Origin: Patescibacteria group bacterium
GTDB taxonomy: Bacteria > Patescibacteriota > Patescibacteriia > JACRDY01
Direction of reading: 5' to 3'
NCBI GenBank assembly: GCA_041653535.1
Contig: JBAZFH010000001.1
Location: forward strand, 150,175-214,174
DNA: 64,000 nt
The translations under genes were made by a program, and so were the position numbers. This document shows positions 28,684-38,843 of the stretch, one piece after another. Positions within the stretch are counted from its first letter, which is position 1. Each line of letters opens with the position of its first letter. The notes under the pieces were generated by a model, which searched no databases, was not told the origin of the DNA, and saw only the letters and a list, made by a program, of their open reading frames with translations.

Positions 28684-29262
28684 TCAAAGAGCTGCTTGGT
28701 AGCGCCAGGGTTTTTTGGCGTAACATCCGGCATAGTCTACTCCTATCCGAGGGAGTTTTTTTATTTTTTTTACTTTTATATTACTGTCTTTGATCCAGAG
28801 ATATGGTACCGCAAGAGATTTTTTATTAAGATTTTTGTCGATGTAAAAGTATTTGCAAAGCTTGCCGGGACCATTGGTGATTTTATAGTCGAGAGGTTTA
28901 AGATTTTTAAAGTTGATAGAACTGCTGATGACTTTTATCGGCTTAAAGGCTTGGATGGAACGAATTAGTACCGCTGCCGGGTAGTTGTTTTTTTCAGTAA
29001 CGATATTTAGACAATAATACATGCCGTAGATCAAATAAATATAGATATGTCCGGGTGGACCAAACATTATTTCGGTTCGCGGCGTTTTACCTCGAGAGGC
29101 GTGTGAGGCCAAATCGTTTGGACCACAGTAAGCTTCGGTTTCGGTAATTATGCCAATATAATATTTGTCGTTATATTCTCTGATTAAAAATTTGCCCAAG
29201 AGTTCTTGAGCAACTTTTTTTGTATCACGATTAAAAAAAGATTTTGTTATGTTTTTTTTCAT
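28684..29262 (-). CDS. mpg: DNA-3-methyladenine glycosylase (AAG/Mpg family)
   Basis: FFNRDT.KVA.ELLGK, ITETEAY, HASRGKTPRTEIMFGPPGHIYIY motifs typical of Mpg. Confidence 0.8.
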   Translation of the reverse strand: MKKNITKSFFNRDTKKVAQELLGKFLIREYNDKYYIGIITETEAYCGPNDLASHASRGKTPRTEIMFGPPGHIYIYLIYGMYYCLNIVTEKNNYPAAVLIRSIQAFKPIKVISSSINFKNLKPLDYKITNGPGKLCKYFYIDKNLNKKSLAVPYLWIKDSNIKVKKIKKLPRIGVDYAGCYAKKPWRYQAAL

Positions 29263-29268
29263 TTCGCA

Positions 29269-30534
29269 TTATTTACAGGCAGTACCAGTTGCGCCACCGG
29301 CGGAATTCCAGCGAGCGGTGCCATATTCGAAATGCCACCATTCCGCACAATATCTTACCCAACCCGCTTCATGCATTATGTCTTCCAATATCTTTTTTTC
29401 CGCGGAATTTGGCGGGCGTGTACATTTTTCTTCGCAATAACATTCGTTGCCTTTGCATAAATTAACATCTACTGCTCCGCCAGTAACATGAGGGGCGTTA
29501 CAGCTGGGTTTAGCGACTCTTTTTCTTGCCGCTTGTTCGTTGCCGTATTTTATTATGGCACGCTGAAAAAGTTTATTTTGATGTTCTACCGTTCTTACGG
29601 CTGAAACAATATTAAGTCGATAGCCTTTAGCGGCGGCGTTGTTACTCGCAGCTGTAAGATAGGGGATGACTTGTGTTAACAGTCTATTATCCCCAGATGT
29701 GGCGGAAAGATTGCTATTAGTTGGTATGGCGGTTAGTTGAGAACTTTGGGCGCAGCCGGCGGCAAAAACTCCCGCTGGTGCATTGGCTGGAGGTGGGGCA
29801 TTGGGATCAACTGGATTATCTGGATTCTGTTCGGGAAAATATTGATTAGCAACCTCGTCACCGACTTCATCCATTTCGAGATTTACCGGTTCCACGTACG
29901 GCACTTTGATCGGTCGTAAATACACCAGTTCGGGATTAACCAGGTAAAGTATGGAATAACTGCCTAAAGCCAGTATTAGTCCTACGATTGAACCAATAAT
30001 ATATCCTTTTGCCGCTGTTATTCTTCCCGAATCCCCGCCTGAAGTCATCCAGATAAACCCGCCAATTACTATCATTACTACGGCTAATACCGCTGCTGCT
30101 CCCACTCCGAATTTATATAACCCACCTACCATCTGGGCGATCCAGGGTATGTAGTAATATCTGCTGCCTTTTGTTTCGCCTTGAATTTCCACTTCTTGAT
30201 CAAGGGTAACGATATTGCCGATAGTAGGTAAGCTGGGGGTTATTAGCGATTTGGTTTCATTAGTCGATTGTGAATTTATTTTGTTGTTATATTCCTCGAT
30301 TTCTTTTTTTAGCGTCTCATCGCCGCATGGCTTACTATGAAGTTTGCAGTTTGTCGCAGGGCAAATACCCGATTCGTCTGGAGCTTTAAGTTCCAGCTCC
30401 CCGGTAGGTTTATTTGGGTCTTTAGGACAAGCACAGCAGCTATTAGTCGGATCGGCTGCCAGACTTATAGCCGGATAAAAGATGATTAAAATCAGGATTA
30501 GTAAAATAATTTTAAATAAGATATTTTTTTTCAT
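29269..30534 (-). CDS. secreted Cys-rich protein with TrbC/VirB2-like pilin hairpin fused to C-terminal VanY/M15 D-Ala-D-Ala carboxypeptidase domain
   Basis: Signal peptide. Two hydrophobic helices separated by SGGDSGRITAAKG (TrbC/VirB2 topology). C-terminal SAVRTVEHQ...Q, HVTGGAVD (HxxGxAxD) and EWWH motifs of peptidase M15B. Confidence 0.65.
   Translation of the reverse strand: MKKNILFKIILLILILIIFYPAISLAADPTNSCCACPKDPNKPTGELELKAPDESGICPATNCKLHSKPCGDETLKKEIEEYNNKINSQSTNETKSLITPSLPTIGNIVTLDQEVEIQGETKGSRYYYIPWIAQMVGGLYKFGVGAAAVLAVVMIVIGGFIWMTSGGDSGRITAAKGYIIGSIVGLILALGSYSILYLVNPELVYLRPIKVPYVEPVNLEMDEVGDEVANQYFPEQNPDNPVDPNAPPPANAPAGVFAAGCAQSSQLTAIPTNSNLSATSGDNRLLTQVIPYLTAASNNAAAKGYRLNIVSAVRTVEHQNKLFQRAIIKYGNEQAARKRVAKPSCNAPHVTGGAVDVNLCKGNECYCEEKCTRPPNSAEKKILEDIMHEAGWVRYCAEWWHFEYGTARWNSAGGATGTACK
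29884..30159. repeat. 276-bp perfect direct repeat (copy A) shared by tandem paralogs; copy B at 31174-31449
   Basis: Base-by-base identical blocks 1,290 nt apart. A second shared ~38-nt block lies at 30211-30248 / 31498-31535. Confidence 0.9.
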
Positions 30535-30549
30535 ATTTTAATAGAATGA

Positions 30550-31815
30550 TTATTCTATTCTATAACCCATTTCAATACATTTTCTTATTTGACAGGCAGC
30601 TGTTTTGTCACGCGTACGTTGGTAGTCATCAATATCTACATCTTGGCAGCCGTTATCTTGCATATCTTGCGTTGGTATCCAGTTTGGATCTAACTTATCG
30701 TATTCTTCATTACTACACCAAGCGCAGCCATCGGCAGAGCCGTTGGCATCCATAAAAACGCACATACCTTTTGCTTTTGCGCTATCAAGTTGATTTATTA
30801 TTTCACAAGCTTCTTGAGATTCTTCGTCGGTTATTGTCGGATTAGGGGGCGGTAAATTTACCCAGTTTGAAGCAGAACCGCTGTCATCGATGCGGTTGCA
30901 TGCAAGTTCCGGTGAAGCCTGGCAGGAAAAAGCAATCAGATTCATTTTTAAGGCATAGCTTTTTTCTGCGCTTGGTGCGGGTAAACACATTTGGTTTCCT
31001 CCGGTACAATAACTGCCAACGCAAGGATCACCACTGGTTAAGCTCGCGCCTATTATATATGGTGTACCGCAAATTAAATTTTCTCCGGCTGGTATTTCTT
31101 TAGAGGTTTGTTCGTAAGTAAATGTTTTTTCTCCGTTCGGTGCTTCAGTGGGACAAAGTATTCCCGATAGTTCTACCGGTTCCACGTACGGCACTTTGAT
31201 CGGTCGTAAATACACCAGTTCGGGATTAACCAGGTAAAGTATGGAATAACTGCCTAAAGCCAGTATTAGTCCTACGATTGAACCAATAATATATCCTTTT
31301 GCCGCTGTTATTCTTCCCGAATCCCCGCCTGAAGTCATCCAGATAAACCCGCCAATTACTATCATTACTACGGCTAATACCGCTGCTGCTCCCACTCCGA
31401 ATTTATATAACCCACCTACCATCTGGGCGATCCAGGGTATGTAGTAATAACGATTAGGGGCTTCACCCGCAACTTCTACACTTGAATCAAGAGAGATGAT
31501 ATTGCCGATAGTAGGTAAGCTGGGGGTTATTAGCGGTTTGGTTTCTTCCTTATCATCACTTTTGTTTGCAGCGTTTATTTTGTCTTGAACTTCTTTGCTG
31601 CTGCAAGATCCGTCCCATGGTTTAGGACAGGTTCTTCCCTGTAAGTAAGGCGTGCAAGTGCCGTTGGCATCCGGCGCTCCAACCGCTTCTAGTTTGTCAC
31701 TGCCAGCTGTCTGACAGACACAGCATTGTTCGGCGGCTGAAGAAGGGATTAAGGGAAAAATAAGAAATAATAAAAGTAAAACAAATACTGTTGTTATTTT
31801 TTTATTCCTTTTCAT
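30550..31815 (-). CDS. paralogous secreted Cys-rich TrbC/VirB2-like pilin-fold protein (different C-terminal Cys-rich domain)
   Basis: Shares a 92-aa core that is 100% identical at nucleotide level (31174-31449 vs 29884-30159) with the upstream paralog. Signal peptide. C-terminal domain with ~20 Cys. Confidence 0.6.
   Translation of the reverse strand: MKRNKKITTVFVLLLLFLIFPLIPSSAAEQCCVCQTAGSDKLEAVGAPDANGTCTPYLQGRTCPKPWDGSCSSKEVQDKINAANKSDDKEETKPLITPSLPTIGNIISLDSSVEVAGEAPNRYYYIPWIAQMVGGLYKFGVGAAAVLAVVMIVIGGFIWMTSGGDSGRITAAKGYIIGSIVGLILALGSYSILYLVNPELVYLRPIKVPYVEPVELSGILCPTEAPNGEKTFTYEQTSKEIPAGENLICGTPYIIGASLTSGDPCVGSYCTGGNQMCLPAPSAEKSYALKMNLIAFSCQASPELACNRIDDSGSASNWVNLPPPNPTITDEESQEACEIINQLDSAKAKGMCVFMDANGSADGCAWCSNEEYDKLDPNWIPTQDMQDNGCQDVDIDDYQRTRDKTAACQIRKCIEMGYRIE
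31174..31449. repeat. 276-bp perfect direct repeat (copy B)
   Basis: Identical to 29884-30159. Confidence 0.9.
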
Positions 31816-31851
31816 TTTTTTTAAAAAAATTAATAAATCGACTGTTTGACG

Positions 31852-33090
31852 TTATTTTAATTTAATTTGATTGATTGTTCCCGAGATATTATCTTTGAAA
31901 TAAAGATAGTTTCCATCGTCACTGACTTGTAGATCCGTAGCCGTATAAAGACCGCTGGGAATCGCGACTAGGCTTTTGGTGTTGGTATAGATATCGATTT
32001 TATAAAAATCATCCGGAGTACTATTGGCAATTTCCGGCATTAGACCGGCGCCGGTAGGCAAATTTTGTGGCACGGCGCAATAAACAGTTCTTTTGTCAGC
32101 GAAAGTACATTTGTCCGCCCAAGTGTTTAGCTCAAGATTGACGCGATAACTTGCCATATCAGAACCTTTGCCGGTGACTGTCCAAAGAGTTGGTTTGAGG
32201 TCGGAATCCTGAGAATAAACACTGTAAAAAAGAAATTCTCCGTCTGGTGACCATTTACCCTGATAGCCGCGTCCCTCAACGATGGTACTGGGAAAATTTT
32301 CGTTATTTTGTCCGATAAACATCAGGTACTGCCTTTCCATGTCTATCGATTCGGTATAGTTACCGACTATTTGTTGATCAGGTGACCAGTTAATATAAAT
32401 ATTTTTAGTGTTGTCGCCCACGGAAGTGATGTGTTTTACTCCGGATCCATTTTCGTTGGCAACGGCAATCCAACGGTTTTCTCGATCAACACCCATGCTT
32501 TTAAAAGCTATTTTGGTGCTATCGGAGGAAAAATCAAATTCCTCCCACTGTTTGGGTAGACTAATCTGTTCTTGGGTGCCAAAATTTAAATAAACAGTAG
32601 AGTTGTCGGCGAACTTCATAATCACCTTATTTTTATCTGGTGACCAAGATATGTTTTCAACTCCTTTGAATACTTTGTCAGACAAAGCGGTTTTACTGCC
32701 ATCAGTGTTGTAGCGATAAAATTTTCCGTCATAAGGATTGTAGGCATATAAAGCTTTGCCGTCAGCAGACATAGTGGGAGAGACAACAGTATCTTCGTTT
32801 ATTTTTTGCACTTGGGTAAAACCGCCTTTTGCCACCTCGGACGTCGCTGCCGGCGCCGCAGTGTTGATGTTTTCCGCCGGTATTAGCTTACCATTAACAT
32901 TTATATATGTTGGTTTACCGGTATTGATATTAGCCGTCGGCAATCCGTTGACCGTAATTATTTCGTTGGCATTGGGAGTAATGACAGTCGGTGCCTGTCG
33001 TAAAAATAAAAAATAGAGTAAAAAGCCAAGCAGAACGGTAATTAAAACAAACGCGACAATATAAATTATTTTTTTTGTTTGGTCAGACAT
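31852..33090 (-). CDS. TolB-like PD40 beta-propeller protein with N-terminal membrane anchor
   Basis: N-terminal TM IIYIVAFVLITVLLGFLLYFLFL. Repeated PD40 signatures WSPDKNKV, WSPDQQIV, WSPDGEFLFY. Confidence 0.65.
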   Translation of the reverse strand: MSDQTKKIIYIVAFVLITVLLGFLLYFLFLRQAPTVITPNANEIITVNGLPTANINTGKPTYINVNGKLIPAENINTAAPAATSEVAKGGFTQVQKINEDTVVSPTMSADGKALYAYNPYDGKFYRYNTDGSKTALSDKVFKGVENISWSPDKNKVIMKFADNSTVYLNFGTQEQISLPKQWEEFDFSSDSTKIAFKSMGVDRENRWIAVANENGSGVKHITSVGDNTKNIYINWSPDQQIVGNYTESIDMERQYLMFIGQNNENFPSTIVEGRGYQGKWSPDGEFLFYSVYSQDSDLKPTLWTVTGKGSDMASYRVNLELNTWADKCTFADKRTVYCAVPQNLPTGAGLMPEIANSTPDDFYKIDIYTNTKSLVAIPSGLYTATDLQVSDDGNYLYFKDNISGTINQIKLK

Positions 33091-33122
33091 ATTTTTTATT
33101 TTTTAATATTATTTTTATCAAA

Positions 33123-34277
33123 TTATTCAGATAATCCGATCGCGTTTTTGAGTGCCGACCAGGTGGTGTCAAAAGGTGAGGCGATAATAGCAATAATAAT
33201 AATAATTCCAAACAAAGCCAGTAAAAGCAGAATCCCGACGACGACGCAACCGCAGCCTTCGGCTATAGCAAAGGCATTTATCGTTCCACCGATAGCTTTT
33301 TCCCGCAGTGCCTTCGGCACCTTTTTCATCTTAGCCTTCATGGTGGGTGGTACAATAATTTCTCCTGGTGATCCAAAAATTTTACTATGTCCAAAAAAAT
33401 AAGCAATATTGTGAAATAAGATATAGGCATAAGATAATCCGATCGTCGGAATAAGCTGCAGCCAGCAGCTTTTGAGCAGCGATGACGTGACGATTTGGGT
33501 TCCAGCCAATCCTTTTCCTGGTTCATCATCCATTCCTTCTTTATCATTATCTTCTTTGTCGCCTTCTTTTTTTTGGGAATTAGTATCTTGTTTTTTTTGG
33601 TCTTTTAGGTCTCTTTTATTCTGGTTTTCTTCACCTTCTTTTTCTCCTTCTTCACCTTCTTTTTCTCCTTCTTCACCTTCTTTTTCTCCTTCTTCACCTT
33701 CTTTTTCTCCTTCTTCACCTCTTGGTTCGTCGGTCGGTTGCTTGGGATTTTGTTTTTCCTCATTTTCTTCCGGTTGTTTTTCAGTCGGTGTGGGAGGCGT
33801 ATTTAGTTGTGGTTGTTCGGTTGCCTGCTCTGCTTGGTTGATAGGAGAGGTAGCGGTTTTTGATTCCGGCTCTGCTGGCGAGCCAACGTTTTCGGAAAAA
33901 CCAGAGTTAGCACCAGTGGTTTTTTTTTCAGTTATTGGTTCAGTATTTATCGTTGTCATGGTCGGGGATGGCGACGGGGGAATATTTACTCTGCCTTGAG
34001 CGGACGGTGCGTTATTTTTAAAATCATTAGTTGCTTGTTTTATTCCGTTTTTACCACTATTTGTTGTTTTTGGTTTTACTTCGTTTGCCGCTATTATCGT
34101 TTTTTGTTTTTTTTCATCTCTTAAGTCGTTAATAAGCTGTATTGCCAGACTGCGAGAAAATTCGTTGAAAACGTTTTTGTTGGAAAAAGGTGATTTTTTC
34201 TTATTAACAAAGGCAAAAACATTTTGAAGAAATGTTGGATCTTTTAGCCTATCTATTATTTTTTTATCTATATTCAT
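33123..34277 (-). CDS. acidic low-complexity protein with (EGEKEGE)n tandem repeat and C-terminal double TM anchor
   Basis: 21-nt tandem repeat at 33630-33720 encoding EEGEKEG x4-5. P/T/E-rich disordered region. Two C-terminal hydrophobic helices. Confidence 0.5.
   Translation of the reverse strand: MNIDKKIIDRLKDPTFLQNVFAFVNKKKSPFSNKNVFNEFSRSLAIQLINDLRDEKKQKTIIAANEVKPKTTNSGKNGIKQATNDFKNNAPSAQGRVNIPPSPSPTMTTINTEPITEKKTTGANSGFSENVGSPAEPESKTATSPINQAEQATEQPQLNTPPTPTEKQPEENEEKQNPKQPTDEPRGEEGEKEGEEGEKEGEEGEKEGEEGEKEGEENQNKRDLKDQKKQDTNSQKKEGDKEDNDKEGMDDEPGKGLAGTQIVTSSLLKSCWLQLIPTIGLSYAYILFHNIAYFFGHSKIFGSPGEIIVPPTMKAKMKKVPKALREKAIGGTINAFAIAEGCGCVVVGILLLLALFGIIIIIAIIASPFDTTWSALKNAIGLSE
33630..33720. 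repeat. 21-nt tandem repeat x~4.4 (ttcaccttctttttctccttc) inside CDS
   Basis: The TTCACC anchor recurs at 33630, 33651, 33672, 33693 and 33714. Confidence 0.85.
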
Positions 34278-34285
34278 GGTATTTT

Positions 34286-34663
34286 TTAATACCTAGCTAT
34301 TGTTTTATCAATGCTATCGGCGACCAAAACTAGAACTTTTTTGTATTCTTCGGCTAGGCGTGTTTTGAGTTGTTTTTTTCTATTTTCATCCCTTTCATAA
34401 CGTTCAAGTATTGCTATTTCCAACATCAGTTTTTCACTCAGACTTTCGACTAGCGATTGGTAGGCTGTTTCCATGGTGGTGTAACTGCTTTTCCTAGCTA
34501 ATAAGCGATCGATATCGTCGGTCTTTTTGTCTATTTGTTGATTAATTATTTTTACGCGTTCGAACAATGGCGTTGGTGATCCGGTAGCGGCTCTTTTTTG
34601 AGTATATAAACTACGCCTAAAATCGTGTTCCTTTAGGTTGTCAGGTGTTTGGAAATCGGTCAT
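34286..34663 (-). CDS. hypothetical protein (125 aa, coiled-coil-like C-terminus)
   Basis: ORF directly upstream of the acidic-protein gene, on the same strand. No motifs recognised. Confidence 0.4.
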   Translation of the reverse strand: MTDFQTPDNLKEHDFRRSLYTQKRAATGSPTPLFERVKIINQQIDKKTDDIDRLLARKSSYTTMETAYQSLVESLSEKLMLEIAILERYERDENRKKQLKTRLAEEYKKVLVLVADSIDKTIARY

Positions 34664-34682
34664 AAATTAAATAATAAAGTAA

Positions 34683-37181
34683 CTATGTCAGGATCAACTG
34701 ATTGTTCTTTATCTGTAGCTTAATTATACCACCTTTGTTGATTTTATTCTCTAACATCAGGTTGGATAAAGGATTGCTGATTAATTCTTGAACGTTTTTA
34801 CGAATCAAGCGGGCTCCTTCTTGGGGATTAAAGTTTTTTTGTGCCAGAAATTCCACTACTCCTGCTCCGGTTTTAATTTTTATTTTATGTTCACTCAGAC
34901 GTTTGTTCAATTCGGCTAGTTGTAGTTGTACTATTTTTTTCAGGTGTTGATTGAGCAGGGGTCTAAAGACAATGATTTTATCAAGACGATTAACAAATTC
35001 TGGTCGAAAGAAATCAGTTAAACTTTTTTCAAGATAACCCTTCATTTCCTCATAGAGATTTTTATCTTCGCCAATGTCGTCAAAGCCGATTTTTTTGCCA
35101 GCGACAAAATCTTTCAACCCGATATTGGAGGTCATAATAATGACGGTGTTTTTGAAATTAATTTTTTTACCAGTAGCATCGGTCAGCTCGCCGTCTTCCA
35201 TAACTTGCAGCAGGATGTTAAATATTTCCGGATGAGCTTTTTCGATTTCGTCAAAAAGCACTACACTGTATGGTTTGCGGCGGACGGCTTCAGTCAGCTG
35301 GCCGCTTTCTTTATAGCCGACATATCCAGGAGGAGAACCAATAAGTTTGGAAACGTTAAAGCTTTCTTTAAACTCCGACATGTCTATTTTTATTAGTGCG
35401 TTTTGGTCTTCAAAAAGTTCCATGGCAAGCGTTTTGGCTAGCTCAGTCTTACCGACACCGGAAGGACCGAGAAAGATGAAAGAGCCAATCGGTCGGCGTT
35501 CCGGAGAAATGCCGGCGCGAGAACGGCGGATGGCTTTTGCCAGTTCTTTTATCGCATCATCTTGACCGATAATTTTTTTCTTCAATATTGATTCAAGATT
35601 AAGCATTTTGTCTTTTTCCGAGGTAACCATTTCCGCCAGGGGAATGCCGGTCATTTTGGCAACCAGTTGTGCGATATCGCGATCCGTGATTTTGCCCACC
35701 ATTTTTTGTTCTTGAAGCGACCACTGATCTTTTAATTCTTTTAGTTCGGTCAGAATGGTTTGTTCTTGGTTTTTGTACTCTATTGCTTCGCTGTATTTTT
35801 CGGACATGATTGCTTGACGCTTATTTTTGCGTAACGATTCCAAACCACGTTCTATTTTTTTGATTTTTTGTAGTAGACCGCCGCTATTGGTGTTGATTTT
35901 GATTTTAGCAGCTGCCTCGTCAATTAAATCAATGGCTTTGTCGGGTAAAAACCTGTCGGTAATATAGCGCGTACTGAGCTTAACCGCAGCTTTGATGGCT
36001 TCCGGTGTAATCATAACACGGTGAAATTTTTCGTAATTTTGTTTTATTCCTTCGAGAATTTTAATAGTTTTTTCTGGTGATGGTTCTTTGATTGCTATTG
36101 GTTGGAATCGGCGTTCCAGTGCAGCATCGGACTCAATATGTTTGCGATACTCTTCGAGTGTGGTGGCGCCAATACAGCGGATTTCACCGCGCGCTAGGGC
36201 CGGTTTTAAAATATTAGCGGCATCCATAGAGCCGGGAGCGGCTCCGGCACCGGTTAGGGTATGGATTTCATCAATAAAAATAATAATATTTTGATCTTTT
36301 TTGATTTCGCCAATAATGTTTTTCAACCTTTGCTCAAACTCCCCGCGGTACATCGTACCGGCTAAGATCAGTCCTAGATCCAACGACATTATTTTTTTTT
36401 CGAGTAATATTTCCGGTACGTCGTTATTCATGATTTTTTTCGCCAGACCCTCGACGATAGCGGTTTTGCCCACGCCCGGGTCGCCTAGTAGCACCGGATT
36501 GTTTTTTGTCCGACGACAGAGAATCTGAATCAGTCGTTCAATTTCTTCTTCTCGTCCGACCACCGGATCAATATTTTTTTGCGTTTCAGCCGCGGTCAGG
36601 TCGGTGGTAAAAAGTTCTAAAGCATTACCGTTTGGTCCGCCTAAACCGCCGAGCATCATTTTTTCCATATCATCTTGACCAAAAAATTGACTATTTTCTT
36701 CAGTGCCTTCAAACGGCTCGACAATATCATGAAATTTGGAAGTACTGCGTAACACTAGATTGAGCTGTTGTTGGACGCTGGCAGTATTAATATTGCTTAA
36801 ACTTAAAATTTCTTTGATAACATGGTTACCTGAGTCTAGGATTGCCGCTAAAAGATGTTCAGTGCTGACGTATTGATGGCGATATAGACCAGCTAAGAGA
36901 ATCGCCCGTTGAATGATTTTTTTTGATTCAATTGATAGTTTTGGCGCTGCGTTGGCGACTGTCGCTGGATTTTTTTTAGCAATAAATTGGCGCAAAAATT
37001 CCGTATCAATTTTGAATTTATTAAGTATTTCCGCTCCTAGACTGCCATGAAAAACCGTCAAGCCATAGAGCAGGTGCTCAGGGTTTAGCTGTTGATGGCG
37101 CAGTTCATAAGCTAGTTCGTGACTTTCGAGCAAAGCCTTTCTGAGATGTTCGCTAAATTTATCTTGAATATTTTTTAGCAT
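34683..37181 (-). CDS. clpC: ATP-dependent Clp protease ATP-binding subunit ClpC (two-AAA+ Hsp100)
   Basis: Clp-N repeats, two Walker A sites ([13 protein letters not shown]; [12 protein letters not shown]), a short middle coiled-coil, and the ClpC-type length of 832 aa. Confidence 0.85.
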   Translation of the reverse strand: MLKNIQDKFSEHLRKALLESHELAYELRHQQLNPEHLLYGLTVFHGSLGAEILNKFKIDTEFLRQFIAKKNPATVANAAPKLSIESKKIIQRAILLAGLYRHQYVSTEHLLAAILDSGNHVIKEILSLSNINTASVQQQLNLVLRSTSKFHDIVEPFEGTEENSQFFGQDDMEKMMLGGLGGPNGNALELFTTDLTAAETQKNIDPVVGREEEIERLIQILCRRTKNNPVLLGDPGVGKTAIVEGLAKKIMNNDVPEILLEKKIMSLDLGLILAGTMYRGEFEQRLKNIIGEIKKDQNIIIFIDEIHTLTGAGAAPGSMDAANILKPALARGEIRCIGATTLEEYRKHIESDAALERRFQPIAIKEPSPEKTIKILEGIKQNYEKFHRVMITPEAIKAAVKLSTRYITDRFLPDKAIDLIDEAAAKIKINTNSGGLLQKIKKIERGLESLRKNKRQAIMSEKYSEAIEYKNQEQTILTELKELKDQWSLQEQKMVGKITDRDIAQLVAKMTGIPLAEMVTSEKDKMLNLESILKKKIIGQDDAIKELAKAIRRSRAGISPERRPIGSFIFLGPSGVGKTELAKTLAMELFEDQNALIKIDMSEFKESFNVSKLIGSPPGYVGYKESGQLTEAVRRKPYSVVLFDEIEKAHPEIFNILLQVMEDGELTDATGKKINFKNTVIIMTSNIGLKDFVAGKKIGFDDIGEDKNLYEEMKGYLEKSLTDFFRPEFVNRLDKIIVFRPLLNQHLKKIVQLQLAELNKRLSEHKIKIKTGAGVVEFLAQKNFNPQEGARLIRKNVQELISNPLSNLMLENKINKGGIIKLQIKNNQLILT

Positions 37182-37184
37182 GTT

Positions 37185-37880
37185 TTATTTTTTTATTTCC
37201 TGCAGGTTGCGATAAATGTTGTAGACATAAACGGAAGCAAAGGGGGATAAAAATATTCCGATCAAAATAGTCGCTAGGGAATAAAGAGCGGTTTTTTCTC
37301 CCAGCGGTGAAAGGATTATTCCGATAATGAAATAAAGCAAAACAATCACTAAAAAGCGTATAAAAACAGACCACCAATAACCCTTGATTAGTTGGCGGCT
37401 TTTATTGGCGGCGTCAAAGCCTTTAATTTTTTCGCAGATCATGACATAGCCAAAAAGGCTAAACATTATTCCCCAGATGATACCGGGGATAATAACCAGG
37501 ATCAATCCGCCCAAAACTATCAAAAACAGGAGAATTCCAACCCAAAGGTATGACCAGAAAAAAGAAGCGTTTTGGTTAAAGGCGTCAGCGATTGACATTT
37601 GGGGATCGTTTCCGTTGATAAAAGTGATCATGGCAATAGTGCCCCAAACGCTGGAAATCAGTGATAAAATACCTAAAATTAAGGCAAGTCCGCTTAGGAT
37701 TGGATTTAGTGTTCCGCTAAAAAAAGTGGCAATCAGCTGGTTTAAAATAGTCGGACCAAGCATAATAAGGGAAATGCTGATTAGTTTGTCGGAATTGTCT
37801 TTAAAAAAAATCCAACTGTTTTTAAGCAGTTCTTTGGTAGGGTGAAGAGGTTTTTTAATTGAAATATCTGGGGATGGCAT
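37185..37880 (-). CDS. hypothetical polytopic membrane protein
   Basis: 231 aa with ~6 predicted TM helices. No soluble domains. Confidence 0.5.
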   Translation of the reverse strand: MPSPDISIKKPLHPTKELLKNSWIFFKDNSDKLISISLIMLGPTILNQLIATFFSGTLNPILSGLALILGILSLISSVWGTIAMITFINGNDPQMSIADAFNQNASFFWSYLWVGILLFLIVLGGLILVIIPGIIWGIMFSLFGYVMICEKIKGFDAANKSRQLIKGYWWSVFIRFLVIVLLYFIIGIILSPLGEKTALYSLATILIGIFLSPFASVYVYNIYRNLQEIKK

Positions 37881-37924
37881 ATTTTTATTTTTGCCCTAAG
37901 GGCTTTGTTATTTAGTTAATTTTT

Positions 37925-38809
37925 TTAAGCCATAGAACGTAGTTTGGCGATACGGTCGTCAATCGGCGGGTGGGTGGAAAAAGCATTAGTGAGAGATTTT
38001 TTACCGCTGCCAAAAGGGTTGGCAATGTAAAGATGGGCGGTAGCACTGCCAGCTTTTTTTGTTGGCAGATTTTCATTTTTTATTTTTTCCAGAGCTCGAG
38101 CTAACCCTTCGGGGTAGCGGGTGAGAAGAGATCCTGAAGCGTCAGCCAAATATTCTCGTTTGCGTGAGATAGCGAGTTTTATCAGTTCGCTGATAATTGG
38201 AGACAAAATTAGGAGTATCAAGCCGATAATCATGAGTACGCCGTTGCCATTACTATCTCGATCATTTGATCTTCTGCCAAACATATTACTGCGCCAAAAA
38301 AAGTCAGCCAGGATACTGATGATTCCTATCAGAACAATAATTATCGTCATTAGCCTGATATCGTAATTTTTGATATGAGATAATTCGTGAGCGATCACGC
38401 CTTCCAGTTCTTCGTTTTCCAGTTTTTGTATCGCTCCAGTGGTGATAGCAATTGTCGCGTGTTGTGGATCGCGCCCAGTGGCAAAGGCATTAATAGCCGG
38501 ATCGTTGATAACGTAAACCTTTGGTGCGGGTAGACCGGCAGTGATGCAAAGATTTTCCACCATGCGGTAAACATATGGATTGTCGGTTTTTTTAATCGGC
38601 GTTGCGCCAGCACTCCAAAGTGCCACCGAATCGCCACTGTAATAACCAAAAAGACTCATGGCTGTAGAGATGACGGCGGCAATTACAAGTCCAAAATAGC
38701 CATAATCATAAAGCTGACCAAAGACTAAGCCCAAAATTAAAATCAAGGCGATAAAAATAATTATCAGCAAAACCGTTTTTCTTTTGTTGGAGTCGATTTG
38801 GGAGTACAT
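37925..38809 (-). CDS. htpX: zinc metalloprotease HtpX (peptidase M48)
   Basis: HELSHIKNYD HExxH motif, 4 TM segments, M48 layout. Confidence 0.85.
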   Translation of the reverse strand: MYSQIDSNKRKTVLLIIIFIALILILGLVFGQLYDYGYFGLVIAAVISTAMSLFGYYSGDSVALWSAGATPIKKTDNPYVYRMVENLCITAGLPAPKVYVINDPAINAFATGRDPQHATIAITTGAIQKLENEELEGVIAHELSHIKNYDIRLMTIIIVLIGIISILADFFWRSNMFGRRSNDRDSNGNGVLMIIGLILLILSPIISELIKLAISRKREYLADASGSLLTRYPEGLARALEKIKNENLPTKKAGSATAHLYIANPFGSGKKSLTNAFSTHPPIDDRIAKLRSMA

Positions 38810-38816
38810 AAAAAAT

Positions 38817-38843
38817 TAGGGACCAGGAACTAGGAGCTGGGAG
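38817..38843. repeat. degenerate heptad array (GGACCAG GAACTAG GAGCTGG GAG) filling the lemA-htpX spacer
   Basis: The 34-nt intergenic spacer consists almost entirely of 7-nt-period units related to the arrays at 1308 and 61918. Confidence 0.55.

Noticed and set aside
33472-33999. 175-aa Ser/Pro-repeat ORF on + strand (SPSSPSFSPSSPSF...)
   Set aside because: It is the frame-shifted reverse-complement reading of the (EGEKEGE)n tandem repeat in the minus-strand acidic-protein gene. It is an artefact of repeat symmetry.
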